Part shown: piece by piece, positions 1-10,337 of the stretch
Position numbering within the stretch: position 1 is the first letter of the stretch
Layout of the letters: the number at the start of each line of letters is the position of its first letter
NCBI GenBank assembly: GCA_963796455.1
Contig: CAWCLO010000005.1
Location: 64,001 to 128,000 of the forward strand
Source of the DNA: Candidatus Sulfomarinibacteraceae bacterium
GTDB lineage: Bacteria > Acidobacteriota > Thermoanaerobaculia > Thermoanaerobaculales > Sulfomarinibacteraceae
DNA length: 64,000 nt
Direction of reading: 5' to 3'
Program-made: the position numbers and the translations under genes
Notes under the pieces: model-generated
The model's input: the letters and a program-made list of their open reading frames with translations, nothing else
Database searches by the model: none
What the model was told of the DNA's origin: nothing

Positions 1-351
1 GCGGTTGCCCTTGTCCGCGTCCGTGTCCTTGCCCGAATTGCAGCGGCAGCGACAGTGTCCAGGGGCAGCGACAGGGATCAGCGATCAGAGGCAGAAATCA
101 GGGGCAGCGACGGCGTGATCACCTCCGGGTCGTTCAATAAAAGGAACAGCCGTTGTGGTGTCGGCGTCTCGCCTGCCCACCGTGCGGCCGAGACGGCCGC
201 ACCACCAAGGGCGGAGTCCCGAAGAAACGAGTGCTGTTCACTGTCCCGGCCGCTGATCGCTGACGCTGATGACTGAACACTGCCGCTGGCGACTGTTTGC
301 TGCCGCTGTCCCTGTGCGCTATCCGAGACTCTGTCTTGGACAAGAGTGATC
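1..351 (+). mobile_element. Gene-less derivative of the four-helix-bundle (4HB) repeat element; left end cut off by the window edge
   Basis: Shares CCCGAATTGCAGCGGCAGCGACAG with 21757-21780, the arm CACCTCCGGGTCGTTCAA (120-137) and the right end CTGTCTTGGACAAGAGTGATC (331-351) with the full copies. No 4HB ORF. Confidence 0.75.
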
Positions 352-416
352 GAGCATCGAGCATCGAGCATCCAGCACCGGGTGCGCTAAACTCCCCGCT
401 ACCCGCAGGAGGAGAT

Positions 417-1292
417 ATGAAAACACTTCAATTCACCATCGAATGTCTTCTGGTTCTGATCGTGGCGGCCGTGCCGGCGATGGCAGGAGAACCGATCCAC
501 GTCATGTTGGCCAACGACGACGGATTCGAGTCCGAAGGCCTGGCGGCCATCGCCGAGGTGCTGGCCGCGGATCCCGGGTATCGGGTGACGGTGGTCGCAC
601 CCAAACACCAGCAGAGCGTTTCCGGCCATGGGCTCGTCACCCGGCGCGAAATCGAGGTGCGGGAGATCGAGAAGATCGCCGGGTCTCCTTCGTGGTCGGT
701 GGATGGGACCCCGGCAACGGTGGCCCGGGTCGGTCTGACAGCGCTCCTTCTCGAGGATCCGCCGGATCTCATCGTCTCCGGCATCAATCGCGGTGAGAAC
801 GATGGCCTCGGAGCCTGGACCTCCGGTACCGTCGCGGTCGCCCGTGAAGGCGCCCTGGCCGGGATTCCAGCGGTGGCGCTCTCGCTGCAGCTCGATTGGG
901 AGAATCCCGATCCCGATTGGCGGGCGGCGGCCCTGTGGGCGAAACCGGTGATCGATGCGGTTCGGGTCGAGGGATTGCCCACCGGGGTGTACCTCAACGT
1001 CAACGTGCCGGTGGACACGAGGTCGATCAAAGGCTATCGGGTGGCGAGAATGGCGCTGGATCCTTCGGAGGAGGGCCGCTACGTGCTGGCTCGGGCGGAT
1101 TCGGATGGGACGCGCTGGTACACCAGTCGATGGAAACCGCCGCTCGTGACCGAAGCAGGCGGCGACAGTCATTTGATGACTCTGGGTTGGGTGACGATCG
1201 TTCCACTCGGGCTCGATCAGACCGCCGAGGGAGCCTTCCCCCAGCTTCTTCAACTCGAGATCCCGCTGCCGGCTCAAGTGATGGCGCCATAG
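417..1292 (+). CDS. surE: SurE-family 5'/3'-nucleotidase with predicted N-terminal signal peptide
   Basis: NDDG, VDGTPA, SGINRGEN and SGTVAVA motifs; GGAGGAG RBS before ATG 417. Confidence 0.85.
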   Translation: MKTLQFTIECLLVLIVAAVPAMAGEPIHVMLANDDGFESEGLAAIAEVLAADPGYRVTVVAPKHQQSVSGHGLVTRREIEVREIEKIAGSPSWSVDGTPATVARVGLTALLLEDPPDLIVSGINRGENDGLGAWTSGTVAVAREGALAGIPAVALSLQLDWENPDPDWRAAALWAKPVIDAVRVEGLPTGVYLNVNVPVDTRSIKGYRVARMALDPSEEGRYVLARADSDGTRWYTSRWKPPLVTEAGGDSHLMTLGWVTIVPLGLDQTAEGAFPQLLQLEIPLPAQVMAP

Positions 1293-1441
1293 GTCGGGCG
1301 ATTCTCAGCCTTGCGGAGGCGGGTGTTTGGTGATCCACGTTGACACCAACGGCCCGTCCGCCTAGAGTTGGGGGCCCCGTGCGCCGGGAGAGTTGAGTTG
1401 CGCTCGAGGGACACGGCAGAAAATGCTGTGGGAGGATGTGA

Positions 1442-2134
1442 ATGGGACGTCGGATTACCCGCAAGCAATTGAAAAAAGACGACGAGTTCGTCTCGGCAGC
1501 TGAAATGATTTTTGGTTGGGTAGCGGAGAACTGGCGGGCGTTGGCCGCCGGCTTCGCTGCTGTGTGCCTGGTCGCCGTCCTGTGGTGGGGCGTGAGCCAG
1601 TGGACCGGGGCGCAGGCGGACGATGCCTCGCTCGCTCTCCACCGAGCGTCGCAGACCTTCGAGGGAGAAATCCCCTCGCCAAACGGAGTTCCCGGCGGAG
1701 ACATGGATGCCGCCGAACAGGAGTTCCGTGCGGTGATCGAAGACCATGGGGGTTCCGATCAGGCGGACATGGCTCGCCTTTACCTCGCGAGGATTGCTCT
1801 GAGCCGGGGGCAGACCGACGAAGCGAAGGCGGAGTTGGTCGAAGTGAGCGAGCGCCAGGGCGACAGTCTGATCGGCCGGCTCGCCAATCTCGATCTGATC
1901 GACATGAGGATAGCCGCCGGTCAGAAATTGGAAGTCGTGGCTGAACTCGAAACAATGATCACAAATGGATCGACGGAACTGCCCCGCGACCTCGTTCTGT
2001 ACAAGCTCGGCGAGCTGTATCACGCCGACGGCCAGCCGGATCTGGCTCGTGGTTACTTTGATCAGTTGCAGGAGGAGTTTCCGGACTCGCCTTATCTGGT
2101 CAACGTGCAACAACGATTCGCCGAGCTCGGTTAG
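1442..2134 (+). CDS. YfgM-like membrane-anchored TPR protein
   Basis: N-terminal RITRKQLKKDDEF, one TM helix, helical TPR-like repeats ending in FPDSPY. Confidence 0.7.
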   Translation: MGRRITRKQLKKDDEFVSAAEMIFGWVAENWRALAAGFAAVCLVAVLWWGVSQWTGAQADDASLALHRASQTFEGEIPSPNGVPGGDMDAAEQEFRAVIEDHGGSDQADMARLYLARIALSRGQTDEAKAELVEVSERQGDSLIGRLANLDLIDMRIAAGQKLEVVAELETMITNGSTELPRDLVLYKLGELYHADGQPDLARGYFDQLQEEFPDSPYLVNVQQRFAELG

Positions 2135-2158
2135 GCGAGTCGTAGCGAGGCGGGCGAG

Positions 2159-3463
2159 GTGGGTTTCGTCGAAGCGATCGCCGCAAAGCGGGACGGCGGC
2201 ACACTCACCCAGGACCAGATCGCCACCTTTGTTCGCGGCGCAAGCGATGGATCGCTGCCGCCGGAACAGTTGGCCGCGATGCTCATGGCAATCTGCTGCC
2301 GGGGTATGGAAACAACCGAGACTCGTTGGCTGACCGAGGAGATGTTGCAGTCGGGCCAGACCTGGGACATCGCCAAGGATGTGCCGGAGGCCGTCGACAA
2401 GCACTCCACGGGTGGCGTCGGCGACACGGTTTCTCTCATCCTGGCTCCGCTGCTGGCGGCGCTTGGCGTGCCGGTCGCAATGATGGCGGGGCGCGGGCTC
2501 GGGCATTCACAGGGGACACTCGACAAGCTCGACGCGGTGCCCGGCTGGAACTCGAAGCGGAACCGGCGCGAGACTCTGCAATTGATCGAAGACTGCGGTG
2601 CGGCGATCATCGCCCAGACCGACGAAGTCGCGCCGGCCGACCGTACCCTCTACGCCCTCCGGGATGTGACCGGTACGGTTCCATCTCTGCCCTTGATCGT
2701 AGGCTCCATCATGTCGAAGAAACTGGCCCTGGGAGCCGGAACCTTGATCCTCGATGTGAAGTGGGGGAGCGGTGCATTTCGAAAAACGCTCCCCGACGCC
2801 CGCGAACTCGCGGAGGCCCTCAAAACCGTTGCAGTCGAAACTGGCGTTCGTTGCGAAGCGCTTATCACCGACATGAATCAGCCGCTCGGCCCCGCGCTGG
2901 GAAACGCCTGCGAGGTTCGGGAGGCGATTTCGATTCTTTCCGGCGGCGGTGACGCGAGGTTGCGTGAGGCGACTCTTCGACTCTGTCGCGAAGCAATGGT
3001 CCTGCGGGGATGGGTAGCCGAAGAGGCGGATCGGGCCCTTGTTCGTGCGATCGACGATGGGTCAGGCATGGCTGCGTGGGAGCGCATGGTGGTCGCCCAC
3101 GGAGGAGATCCGAATCCGGATCTCCTCGCCGAACCCGACAGAATTGTCGAGGTGGCGGCCGATCGTGGAGGATTCGTCAACAGTTGTGATGGTGAAGATC
3201 TCGGTCGGATCGCCGCCGAGGTCGGTGCCGGGCGCCGGACGGTGGATGAAGAATTGGCGCTTGGCGCCGGTCTCATGATCCATGCCCGCCTCGGTGACCG
3301 GGTCGAAGAGAAGCAACCCATCGCCAGCCTGCTCATCGGAGAACGCGTGGTGGACGAAGCGCGATGCGTGGAGCGGGTCCGCAATGCATTTGCGATCGGT
3401 GACGACCCGATCGATGTTCCTCCATTGATCGTCGGCACCGTCGACAACGTCGATATCGGTTGA
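2159..3463 (+). CDS. pdp: Thymidine/pyrimidine-nucleoside phosphorylase (DeoA/Pdp family)
   Basis: DKHSTGGVGD, GRGLGHSQGTLDKL, SIMSKKLA, LDVKWGSGAF motifs; GTG start. Confidence 0.9.
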   Translation: MGFVEAIAAKRDGGTLTQDQIATFVRGASDGSLPPEQLAAMLMAICCRGMETTETRWLTEEMLQSGQTWDIAKDVPEAVDKHSTGGVGDTVSLILAPLLAALGVPVAMMAGRGLGHSQGTLDKLDAVPGWNSKRNRRETLQLIEDCGAAIIAQTDEVAPADRTLYALRDVTGTVPSLPLIVGSIMSKKLALGAGTLILDVKWGSGAFRKTLPDARELAEALKTVAVETGVRCEALITDMNQPLGPALGNACEVREAISILSGGGDARLREATLRLCREAMVLRGWVAEEADRALVRAIDDGSGMAAWERMVVAHGGDPNPDLLAEPDRIVEVAADRGGFVNSCDGEDLGRIAAEVGAGRRTVDEELALGAGLMIHARLGDRVEEKQPIASLLIGERVVDEARCVERVRNAFAIGDDPIDVPPLIVGTVDNVDIG

Positions 3464-3513
3464 ACTCTCGAGTGAGCGAGTTCCGGAATTCATCGGGCTG
3501 TTCTCCATCTCAA

Positions 3514-3582
3514 AACCGCAGATAGCGCAGATGGGCGCAGATACGCGGCCAACATCTGGGTTCATCCGTGGAATCTGCAGTT
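3514..3582. repeat. REP-like imperfect palindrome of CGCAGAT 9-mer repeats and opposing ATCTG/ATCCG repeats
   Basis: AACCGCAGATAGCGCAGATGGGCGCAGAT ... ATCTGGGTTCATCCGTGGAATCTGCAGTT; related half-copy at ~38729-38757. Confidence 0.55.
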
Positions 3583-3690
3583 TCTCCACGGTCGAGTGAG
3601 GGCTCTGCCGTTCACCCATTCTCCCCTTCCCTCGCCCTTCTATTCGAAAACGGGGGAGGGTCTATACTTGAGTTTCCTATTGGAGGTCTG

Positions 3691-4626
3691 ATGTCTGCAC
3701 GAAAACGCGCTCTGGTAACTGGTGGTGCGGGATTTCTCGGTTCGCATCTGTGTGGCAGGATTCTCGATGAAGGTCTCGAGGTCATCTGCATGGACAACCT
3801 CATCACCGGTTCGCTGGAAAACATCGAACAGTTTATCGGCCGCGACGGTTTTACCTTCGTCCACCACGATGTCACCAATTTCATCCATGTGCCGGGAGAA
3901 CTCGACTACATTCTCCACTTTGCTTCGCCGGCATCTCCGATCGACTATCTCAAGCTGCCGATCCAGACCTTGAAGGTCGGTTCGCTGGGCACTCACAAGG
4001 CACTCGGTCTCGCTAAGTCGAAGGGGGCTCGTTTCCTGCTCGCCTCGACCTCCGAGACCTATGGTGATCCTTTGGTCCATCCCCAACCCGAGTCCTATTG
4101 GGGAAATGTGAATCCGGTGGGACCACGGGGAGTTTATGACGAGGCGAAACGCTTCGCGGAAGCCATGACCATGGGGTACCACCGCCACCACGGGCTCGAG
4201 ACGCGGATCGTTCGTATCTTCAACACCTACGGCCCGAGGATGCGTGCGGGAGACGGGCGGGTCGTGCCGACCTTTATCTGTCAGGCTTTGGCCGGAAAAC
4301 CGCTCACCGCCTTCGGTGACGGCCTCCAGACGCGTTCGTTCTGTTTTGTCGACGACCTCATCGAGGGGATCTGGCGGCTTCTGATGTCGGACTATGTCGA
4401 GCCGATGAATATCGGCAATCCGGCTGAGATGACGGTGCTCCAGTTTGCCCAGGAAATCATCAGGATCACCGGGTCATCTTCCGAGGTCGTATTCGAGCCC
4501 CTGCCTGAGGATGATCCAAAGGTGCGGCAGCCGGACATCACGCTGGCCCGGAAGACCCTGGGTTGGGAGCCGAAGGTATTGCTGGCCGACGGGCTCGCGA
4601 CGACCATCAAGTTCTTTTCGAAGTAG
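3691..4626 (+). CDS. UDP-glucuronate decarboxylase-like NAD-dependent epimerase/dehydratase (SDR)
   Basis: [23 protein letters not shown] (YxxxK), [28 protein letters not shown]. Confidence 0.9.
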   Translation: MSARKRALVTGGAGFLGSHLCGRILDEGLEVICMDNLITGSLENIEQFIGRDGFTFVHHDVTNFIHVPGELDYILHFASPASPIDYLKLPIQTLKVGSLGTHKALGLAKSKGARFLLASTSETYGDPLVHPQPESYWGNVNPVGPRGVYDEAKRFAEAMTMGYHRHHGLETRIVRIFNTYGPRMRAGDGRVVPTFICQALAGKPLTAFGDGLQTRSFCFVDDLIEGIWRLLMSDYVEPMNIGNPAEMTVLQFAQEIIRITGSSSEVVFEPLPEDDPKVRQPDITLARKTLGWEPKVLLADGLATTIKFFSK

Positions 4627-4675
4627 TCGCGTCCAGGTCCCCCCGGGTCTGCAATTATTACCGCCCCATCGTCTC

Positions 4676-7039
4676 CTACCGAAGCGCCTGAGCCAGAATG
4701 TCGTCAACGGTCTTCGCAAACACCACGTTGAGTTTCTTGAGCGCGTGAGCCGGAAGATCAACCAGGTCGCGCTCGTTGTCGGCCGGCATCAGAATATCGG
4801 TGATGCCGGCGCGAAGAGCTGCGAGCAGCTTCTCCTTGATGCCGCCCACCGGAAGGACATCCCCGCGAAGCGTGATTTCTCCCGTCATCGCGAGATCGTG
4901 TCGGATCGGGCGAGCCGAGGCGGCCGACACGATGGCCGCCAGGATCGTCGCGCCGGCCGAGGGCCCGTCCTTTGGCACGCCACCGGCGGGCACGTGCACG
5001 TGGAGTTGGTTTTCCGAGAACCAGTTCTCTGCGATTCCCATCTCAGCCGATCGTGACCTGGCGAGCGAAAGGGCCGCGGCCGCGGATTCTTTCATGACCT
5101 CGCCGAGCGAACCGGTGAGTTCGAGCTTTGCTTTGCCGGCCAGCGAAATCGCTTCCACCAAAAGGACATCTCCGCCGACCGGGGTGTAGGCGAGGCCGGT
5201 GGCAACCCCGATTCGATCCGAATCGAGGGCCCGGTCGGCGACGAACTTCGGCGGGCCCAGAAGTCGTTCCGTCGTAACCGGTGTGATCCGGTGCGGAGCC
5301 TTCTTTTTTTCGGCAACCTGCACCGCCACCTTGCGGCACACCGAACCGATCTCGCGTTCCAGGTTTCGAAGACCGGCTTCCCGCGTGTAGCCCGCGATCA
5401 AAAGGCCGAGAGCGGCGGTGGTGAACTCGAGGCCATGCTCGGCGAGGCCGTTCTCACCGACCTGCCGCGGGATGAGGTGGCGGCGGGCGATTTCGAGCTT
5501 CTCCTCCTCGGTGTATCCCGGCAGGCGGATGACCTCCATGCGATCGAGAAAGGCCGGTTGGATACTGTGGGTAATATTGCCGGTCGCGATGAAAAGGACC
5601 TTTGACAGGTCATATACGACGCCGAGATAGTGGTCTCTGAAACTGTCGTTCTGCTCCGGGTCGAGGACCTCGAGGAGGGCGGAGGATGGGTCGCCACGGA
5701 CATCCGCCCCCAACTTGTCGACCTCGTCGAGCATGAACACAGGGTTTGATGTGCCGGCCTGGGAGAGTCCCTGGATGATCCGACCGGGGAGGGCGCCGAC
5801 GTAGGTCCTGCGGTGTCCGCGTATCTCTGCCTCGTCGCGCACGCCACCGAGAGATGATCGCACGAACTCGCGCCCGAGGGCGCGGGCGATGGAACGTCCC
5901 AGCGAGGTTTTACCGACACCTGGAGGGCCGACAAAACACAGGATGGGGCCCTTGCTGTCAGGTTGCAGCTGGCGCACCGCCAAAAACTCCAGAATCCGCT
6001 GTTTGACCTTTTCCAGGTTGAAGTGATCCTCGTCGAGGATCGTCCGCGCTGCGCCGATATCGAGATTGTCGGTGCTCAGCGTGTTCCACGGAAGGGTGGT
6101 CATCCAGTCGAGCCAGGTCCGGACGACTGAAGATTCGGCACTTTCGGGGTGCATTGTCGAGAGTCGGCGCAGCTGCCGGTCGACCGCATCCGATGCCTCG
6201 TCGCTGAGCCCGAGCTCTGCCGCTTTCTCGCGGTATTCGACCAGCTCCTTCTCGAGGTCGTCGCTCTCTCCGAGTTCACTCTGAATCGCCCGCAGCTGCT
6301 GGCGCAGGAAATACTCGCGCTGGTTGCGGTCGATCTCTCCGCGAACCTGAGATGAGAGCTTTTGCTGCATCTCGGCCATCGCGAGCTCCCTTTCGAGGAG
6401 CTCGTGAACGCGAACGAGTCGTGCCATCGGATCGATGGTTTCGAGCATTTCCTGGGCATCAGCCACATCGAGCCCGAGGTTCGAAGCCGCGAGATCGGCC
6501 AGACGCAGGGGGTCCTCCAGGCTCGATGTGATCAGGATGACCTCGGGCGAAATCTGTTTGCCGATGGTGCTGACCCTCTCCAGACCCTGTCGAATCGATC
6601 GCACAAAGACTTCCACCTCGGTCTTCGAGGGTCCGGGCGACGGTTCTTCGAGACGGGTGAAACGGGCCTCGAAGAATCCCTCGGTGCGGGTGAAGTAATC
6701 GACCCGTGCACGCGACAGCCCCTGGACGAGAACTCGCACGGTCCCGTCGGGAAGCTTGAGCATTCGCATCACCACGGCGACGCAACCGGTTTGAAAAAGT
6801 TCCTCAGGCGCAGGCGTTTCACTGGTCTGGTCGCGCTGGGTGAGCACCAGGATCAGACGGTCGGCAGCCAACGCTTCGTCGACGGCCTTGACCGAAATGT
6901 CGCGACCGACAGTGAGGGGAATGATGGCGTAGGGAAAGAGCACCGTATCGCGTAAGGCCATCACCGGCAACACATCGGGAATATTGATTGTCTCCAGCGG
7001 AGTTTCCGCCTGATCGAGGAAATCAGGAGCATCTACCAT
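4676..7039 (-). CDS. lon: ATP-dependent Lon protease
   Basis: LON N-domain, Walker [22 protein letters not shown], catalytic PKDGPSAG. Confidence 0.97.
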   Translation of the reverse strand: MVDAPDFLDQAETPLETINIPDVLPVMALRDTVLFPYAIIPLTVGRDISVKAVDEALAADRLILVLTQRDQTSETPAPEELFQTGCVAVVMRMLKLPDGTVRVLVQGLSRARVDYFTRTEGFFEARFTRLEEPSPGPSKTEVEVFVRSIRQGLERVSTIGKQISPEVILITSSLEDPLRLADLAASNLGLDVADAQEMLETIDPMARLVRVHELLERELAMAEMQQKLSSQVRGEIDRNQREYFLRQQLRAIQSELGESDDLEKELVEYREKAAELGLSDEASDAVDRQLRRLSTMHPESAESSVVRTWLDWMTTLPWNTLSTDNLDIGAARTILDEDHFNLEKVKQRILEFLAVRQLQPDSKGPILCFVGPPGVGKTSLGRSIARALGREFVRSSLGGVRDEAEIRGHRRTYVGALPGRIIQGLSQAGTSNPVFMLDEVDKLGADVRGDPSSALLEVLDPEQNDSFRDHYLGVVYDLSKVLFIATGNITHSIQPAFLDRMEVIRLPGYTEEEKLEIARRHLIPRQVGENGLAEHGLEFTTAALGLLIAGYTREAGLRNLEREIGSVCRKVAVQVAEKKKAPHRITPVTTERLLGPPKFVADRALDSDRIGVATGLAYTPVGGDVLLVEAISLAGKAKLELTGSLGEVMKESAAAALSLARSRSAEMGIAENWFSENQLHVHVPAGGVPKDGPSAGATILAAIVSAASARPIRHDLAMTGEITLRGDVLPVGGIKEKLLAALRAGITDILMPADNERDLVDLPAHALKKLNVVFAKTVDDILAQALR

Positions 7040-7107
7040 CTTTGGTCCTACCCCTTCAGCCTGAATGCTTCATGCGTGTTTGGCGCGGGCCACAGCCGAC
7101 ATCATGG

Positions 7108-7569
7108 CTATTCGTCATGCTTGATCAGCAGGGTCTTGAGTTCATCCATGAACTGGTTGACGTCTTCAAAGCGCCGGTAGACGCTGGCAAACCTCACGTA
7201 GGCCACCTGGTCGAGTCGCCGGAGCTCCTCGATCACCGCACTGCCGATTTCTTCCGTCGACATCTCCCGGACGTCTCGCGCCGCCAGCAGGCTCTCGACC
7301 GAGTCCACGATGGCCACAAGATCCCTGCGCGGGACCGGCCTTTTCTCGCACGCCCGGAGCAGCCCGTTGAGCAGCTTTTCCCGATCGAAGGACTCTCGCC
7401 GGCCATCTCTCTTGACGACCGTAGTGGGCACCTCGTCGACCCGCTCGTAGGTCGTGAATCTTCGGGTGCAGTCGGCGCACTCCCGGCGGCGACGGATTTC
7501 TGATCCATCGCGGACATCGCGGGAATCCACGACTCGATTGTCGGCATCGCCGCAGAAGGGACAGTTCAT
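7108..7569 (-). CDS. nrdR: Transcriptional repressor NrdR
   Basis: CPFC...RRRREC..C..RFTTYE zinc ribbon, ATP-cone, VAYVRFASVYR. Confidence 0.97.
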   Translation of the reverse strand: MNCPFCGDADNRVVDSRDVRDGSEIRRRRECADCTRRFTTYERVDEVPTTVVKRDGRRESFDREKLLNGLLRACEKRPVPRRDLVAIVDSVESLLAARDVREMSTEEIGSAVIEELRRLDQVAYVRFASVYRRFEDVNQFMDELKTLLIKHDE

Positions 7570-8594
7570 TCCTTTGTGTCCTCGGTCGAAATGGCTTCGA
7601 CCTCACGCAAATTGACCCCCAACAGGGGCAGACACAGGAGACCGATGATCGTGATGGGCACGAAGCAGATCGCGTGGTAGGCGATGGCGATACCGGTGGC
7701 CTTGTTGAGGCCGATGCCGAAGAACATCGTCATTCCGACCTGTGTGGCCTTGTGAAAGCCCCCGACGCCGCCCGGCGTCGGCACCGCGAGACCCAGGACC
7801 GCCAGCGTGACGAGGAGATAAGACGCCCGCAATGGGAGATGCACGTCAAAGGCGAGGAGGGTCATCTGCACCTGCCAGCAGATGACATACCACATGGCGA
7901 TGGAGGCTATTGTCGTGATCAAGAGGTCCCGGGGCCGCTGCAGTACCCGAAGCCCATCGAGAAAATGGACGAAGAAGTTTTCGGCCGGTTGCTGCCAGTC
8001 CTTTTTGATCCAGGCGATGGGTCGGGTGATCACGCTGATAAAGCGCTCCTGGTATTTGAAAAGACCGAGCAGAATGAGCGTGCCGATGACCAGGCCCACA
8101 CCAACCACGTAACCGCTGATCGAGAGCACCTCGAGGCTGCGTTTTGCCTGGTCGTCGAGGTTTGGCATTGCGGGCGGCCAGACGATAAAGACCAGAAAGA
8201 AAAAAACCACCGTCCACATGTCGAAGACCCGTTCGGTGAGAATCGAGGCCAGACTGGCGGAAGTCGGTATCTTTTCTCGCCGTGCCAACAGGATCGGACG
8301 AATGAGGTCGCCCATTCGCGCCGGCAGCAAAGAGAGGGCGGCGTAGCCGACGGCGGTCGTCAATAGGACGCTCGTGTGCCGGACCTTGGCCACCGGAAGG
8401 AGGATGAACTGCCAGCGGAGAGCCCGCAGCCAATAGGCGATGAGGGCGATCACGGCCGCGGCTGCGAGGCGGGCCGGGTCGGCGTTGGCCATCGCACGAC
8501 CTACCTCCGCAAAATCGACGTTCCATAGAAAGATCGCCAGGAGGGCGATCATCAATACCAGGGACACGGTCACTCGAACAGCCTTATTTGCCAT
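7566..8594 (-). CDS. Lysylphosphatidylglycerol-synthase TM-domain (UPF0104/flippase-like) membrane protein
   Basis: Multiple TM helices; LRALRW, LPARMGD, ERVFD, PTPGGVGGFH motifs. Confidence 0.8.
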   Translation of the reverse strand: MANKAVRVTVSLVLMIALLAIFLWNVDFAEVGRAMANADPARLAAAAVIALIAYWLRALRWQFILLPVAKVRHTSVLLTTAVGYAALSLLPARMGDLIRPILLARREKIPTSASLASILTERVFDMWTVVFFFLVFIVWPPAMPNLDDQAKRSLEVLSISGYVVGVGLVIGTLILLGLFKYQERFISVITRPIAWIKKDWQQPAENFFVHFLDGLRVLQRPRDLLITTIASIAMWYVICWQVQMTLLAFDVHLPLRASYLLVTLAVLGLAVPTPGGVGGFHKATQVGMTMFFGIGLNKATGIAIAYHAICFVPITIIGLLCLPLLGVNLREVEAISTEDTKE

Positions 8595-8651
8595 GCGACA
8601 TAGGGTAGCCGCTTGGCTCATGATGCACAACACGCACCTGGCGGCTCGCGA

Positions 8652-9082
8652 ATCACTCTTCTCCAAGACAGAATCTCGGACGGCGTTCAGGGACAGCGCC
8701 AGCGACAAGGAACAGCAGACAGCGTTGGCGAACGGTAGTCAGCGGCAGCGGCAGTGTCCAGGACAGCGGCAGGTAGCAGGGACGGCGAACAGCGATCAGT
8801 GTTCAGCGGCAGCGGTCAGGATTTCAGACGGCGACGTGGCCACCTCCGGGTCGTTCAACGGAAGGGGTAGCCGGTAGGCGGCCGCCCGTGACGCGATGAA
8901 CACCTTCGATCAAGTCGGTGCCATGACCCGGCGGCTGTTGAATCCAATGAAGTGAGTGTTATTCGCGGTGCGCTGGCGCTGATCACTGCCGCTGCCGCTG
9001 ATTCCTGTTCCCTGACGCTGTCTACCGTTCTCTGTCCCTGTCCCTGCACGCTTTCCGAGATTCTGTTTTGGACAAGGGTGAT
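8652..9082 (+). mobile_element. MITE-like internal-deletion derivative of the 4HB element
   Basis: 29-bp terminal inverted repeats (8652-8680 vs 9054-9082, 26/29 match). Retains the leader arm GTGGCCACCTCCGGGTCGTTCAA and only the last ~20 codons of the 4HB gene (MNTFDQVGAMTRRLLNPMK*). Confidence 0.8.
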
Positions 9083-9164
9083 CCGATTGGGACGATTCGA
9101 TGATTATCCCAGTTCCTCGTTCCATATTCCTGATTCAAATCAGGTATTCGCTATCATCGAGGAT

Positions 9165-10160
9165 GTGAATGCACAAATCCTCGAGCCGCTATTGAGTGTC
9201 CGTTCCCATCCCTGGTGTCTCGAACACCAACCGGGCCTCGGCCATCCGGAAGCGCCGGATCGGATCCAGGTGATCCTGGATGCCGTCAGTGCCAGGGTCG
9301 ACGGCCGTTGGGTTGTCGATCGCGAAAGTCCCCTGCCCAGGGAAGAAGACATTGTCGGCGTTCTCAAGTGGATTCACGATGAGGACTATATCGACCGGGT
9401 GCGCGAGGCGGCGGAGAAAGGGTCAGGTTGGCTCGATTCGGAAGACTGCCGCGTCTCAGCCGGAACCTTTCGCTCGGCACTCGCGGCGGCGGGTCTGGCC
9501 CTGCAGGCGGCGATCGATCTACTCAACGAACGCATTGTCCGTTCCTTTGTCGTTGCGCGGCCGCCCTCTCACCACGCGCAACACGACCGTGCGTCCGGTT
9601 ATTGTTTCTTCAATACGGCCGCCATCGCCGCTGAGGTCGTGGCCCGGGGTTGGGGCCAGGGGGTCGTGGTTGCCGATCTCGGCGCCCTCCACGGTGACGG
9701 GTTGCAGCAACATTTCTACGATCGGGAGGATGTGGGGTTTGTCTCGGTCCATCGTTATCCGGCCTTTCCGGGATCCGGTGGGGCTGACGAGACCGGCGAC
9801 GGTCCCGGTGTCGGTTTGACCCGCAACGTGCCTCTCGCAGCCGGTTCGGATGACGAGATCGTGTGCGGCGCCTTTGAACATGCATTGTTTGACATTTGCG
9901 GTGCGATCAAGCCCGCGGCGATCATTCTGGCTACCGGTTTAGACGCCCATCGAGACGACCCTCTTGGCGGTATGCAAATGACTGAAATGGGACTTGGAAG
10001 ACTCACAACAATTGCAGTTCGAGCGGCAGAATACTGGACTGGCGGGAGATTGTTGTCCATTCTCGAAGGCGGTTTCGAACTCGAAGCGTTGGCAAAATCC
10101 GCGCGCATTCACGTTGAGGAATTGGCGAAAACAGAAAGCGAAATTCCGGAACAGGAATAG
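9165..10160 (+). CDS. Histone-deacetylase-family protein with substituted metal/catalytic residues
   Basis: HPEAPDR, RPPSHHA, GYCFFN, SVHRYPAFPGSG, NVPL, GLDAHRDDPLG, LEGGF; start (GTG) approximate. Confidence 0.85.
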   Translation: MNAQILEPLLSVRSHPWCLEHQPGLGHPEAPDRIQVILDAVSARVDGRWVVDRESPLPREEDIVGVLKWIHDEDYIDRVREAAEKGSGWLDSEDCRVSAGTFRSALAAAGLALQAAIDLLNERIVRSFVVARPPSHHAQHDRASGYCFFNTAAIAAEVVARGWGQGVVVADLGALHGDGLQQHFYDREDVGFVSVHRYPAFPGSGGADETGDGPGVGLTRNVPLAAGSDDEIVCGAFEHALFDICGAIKPAAIILATGLDAHRDDPLGGMQMTEMGLGRLTTIAVRAAEYWTGGRLLSILEGGFELEALAKSARIHVEELAKTESEIPEQE

Positions 10161-10337
10161 CGCGTGGAAACGTGATCTGCGTCACGTGGAAGTCATTGTA
10201 GGTTCAAGAACCTACCGAGTTTCTTTTCAAAAAACGTGTCGTTTTTTATGTCTTTTCTTGACCCCTGAATGGCCCTGGTATATCATAATTACGTTCGTAA
10301 ATTGTTCGTTGGACTTCGGTTCAGAGGAGGAAACGCA

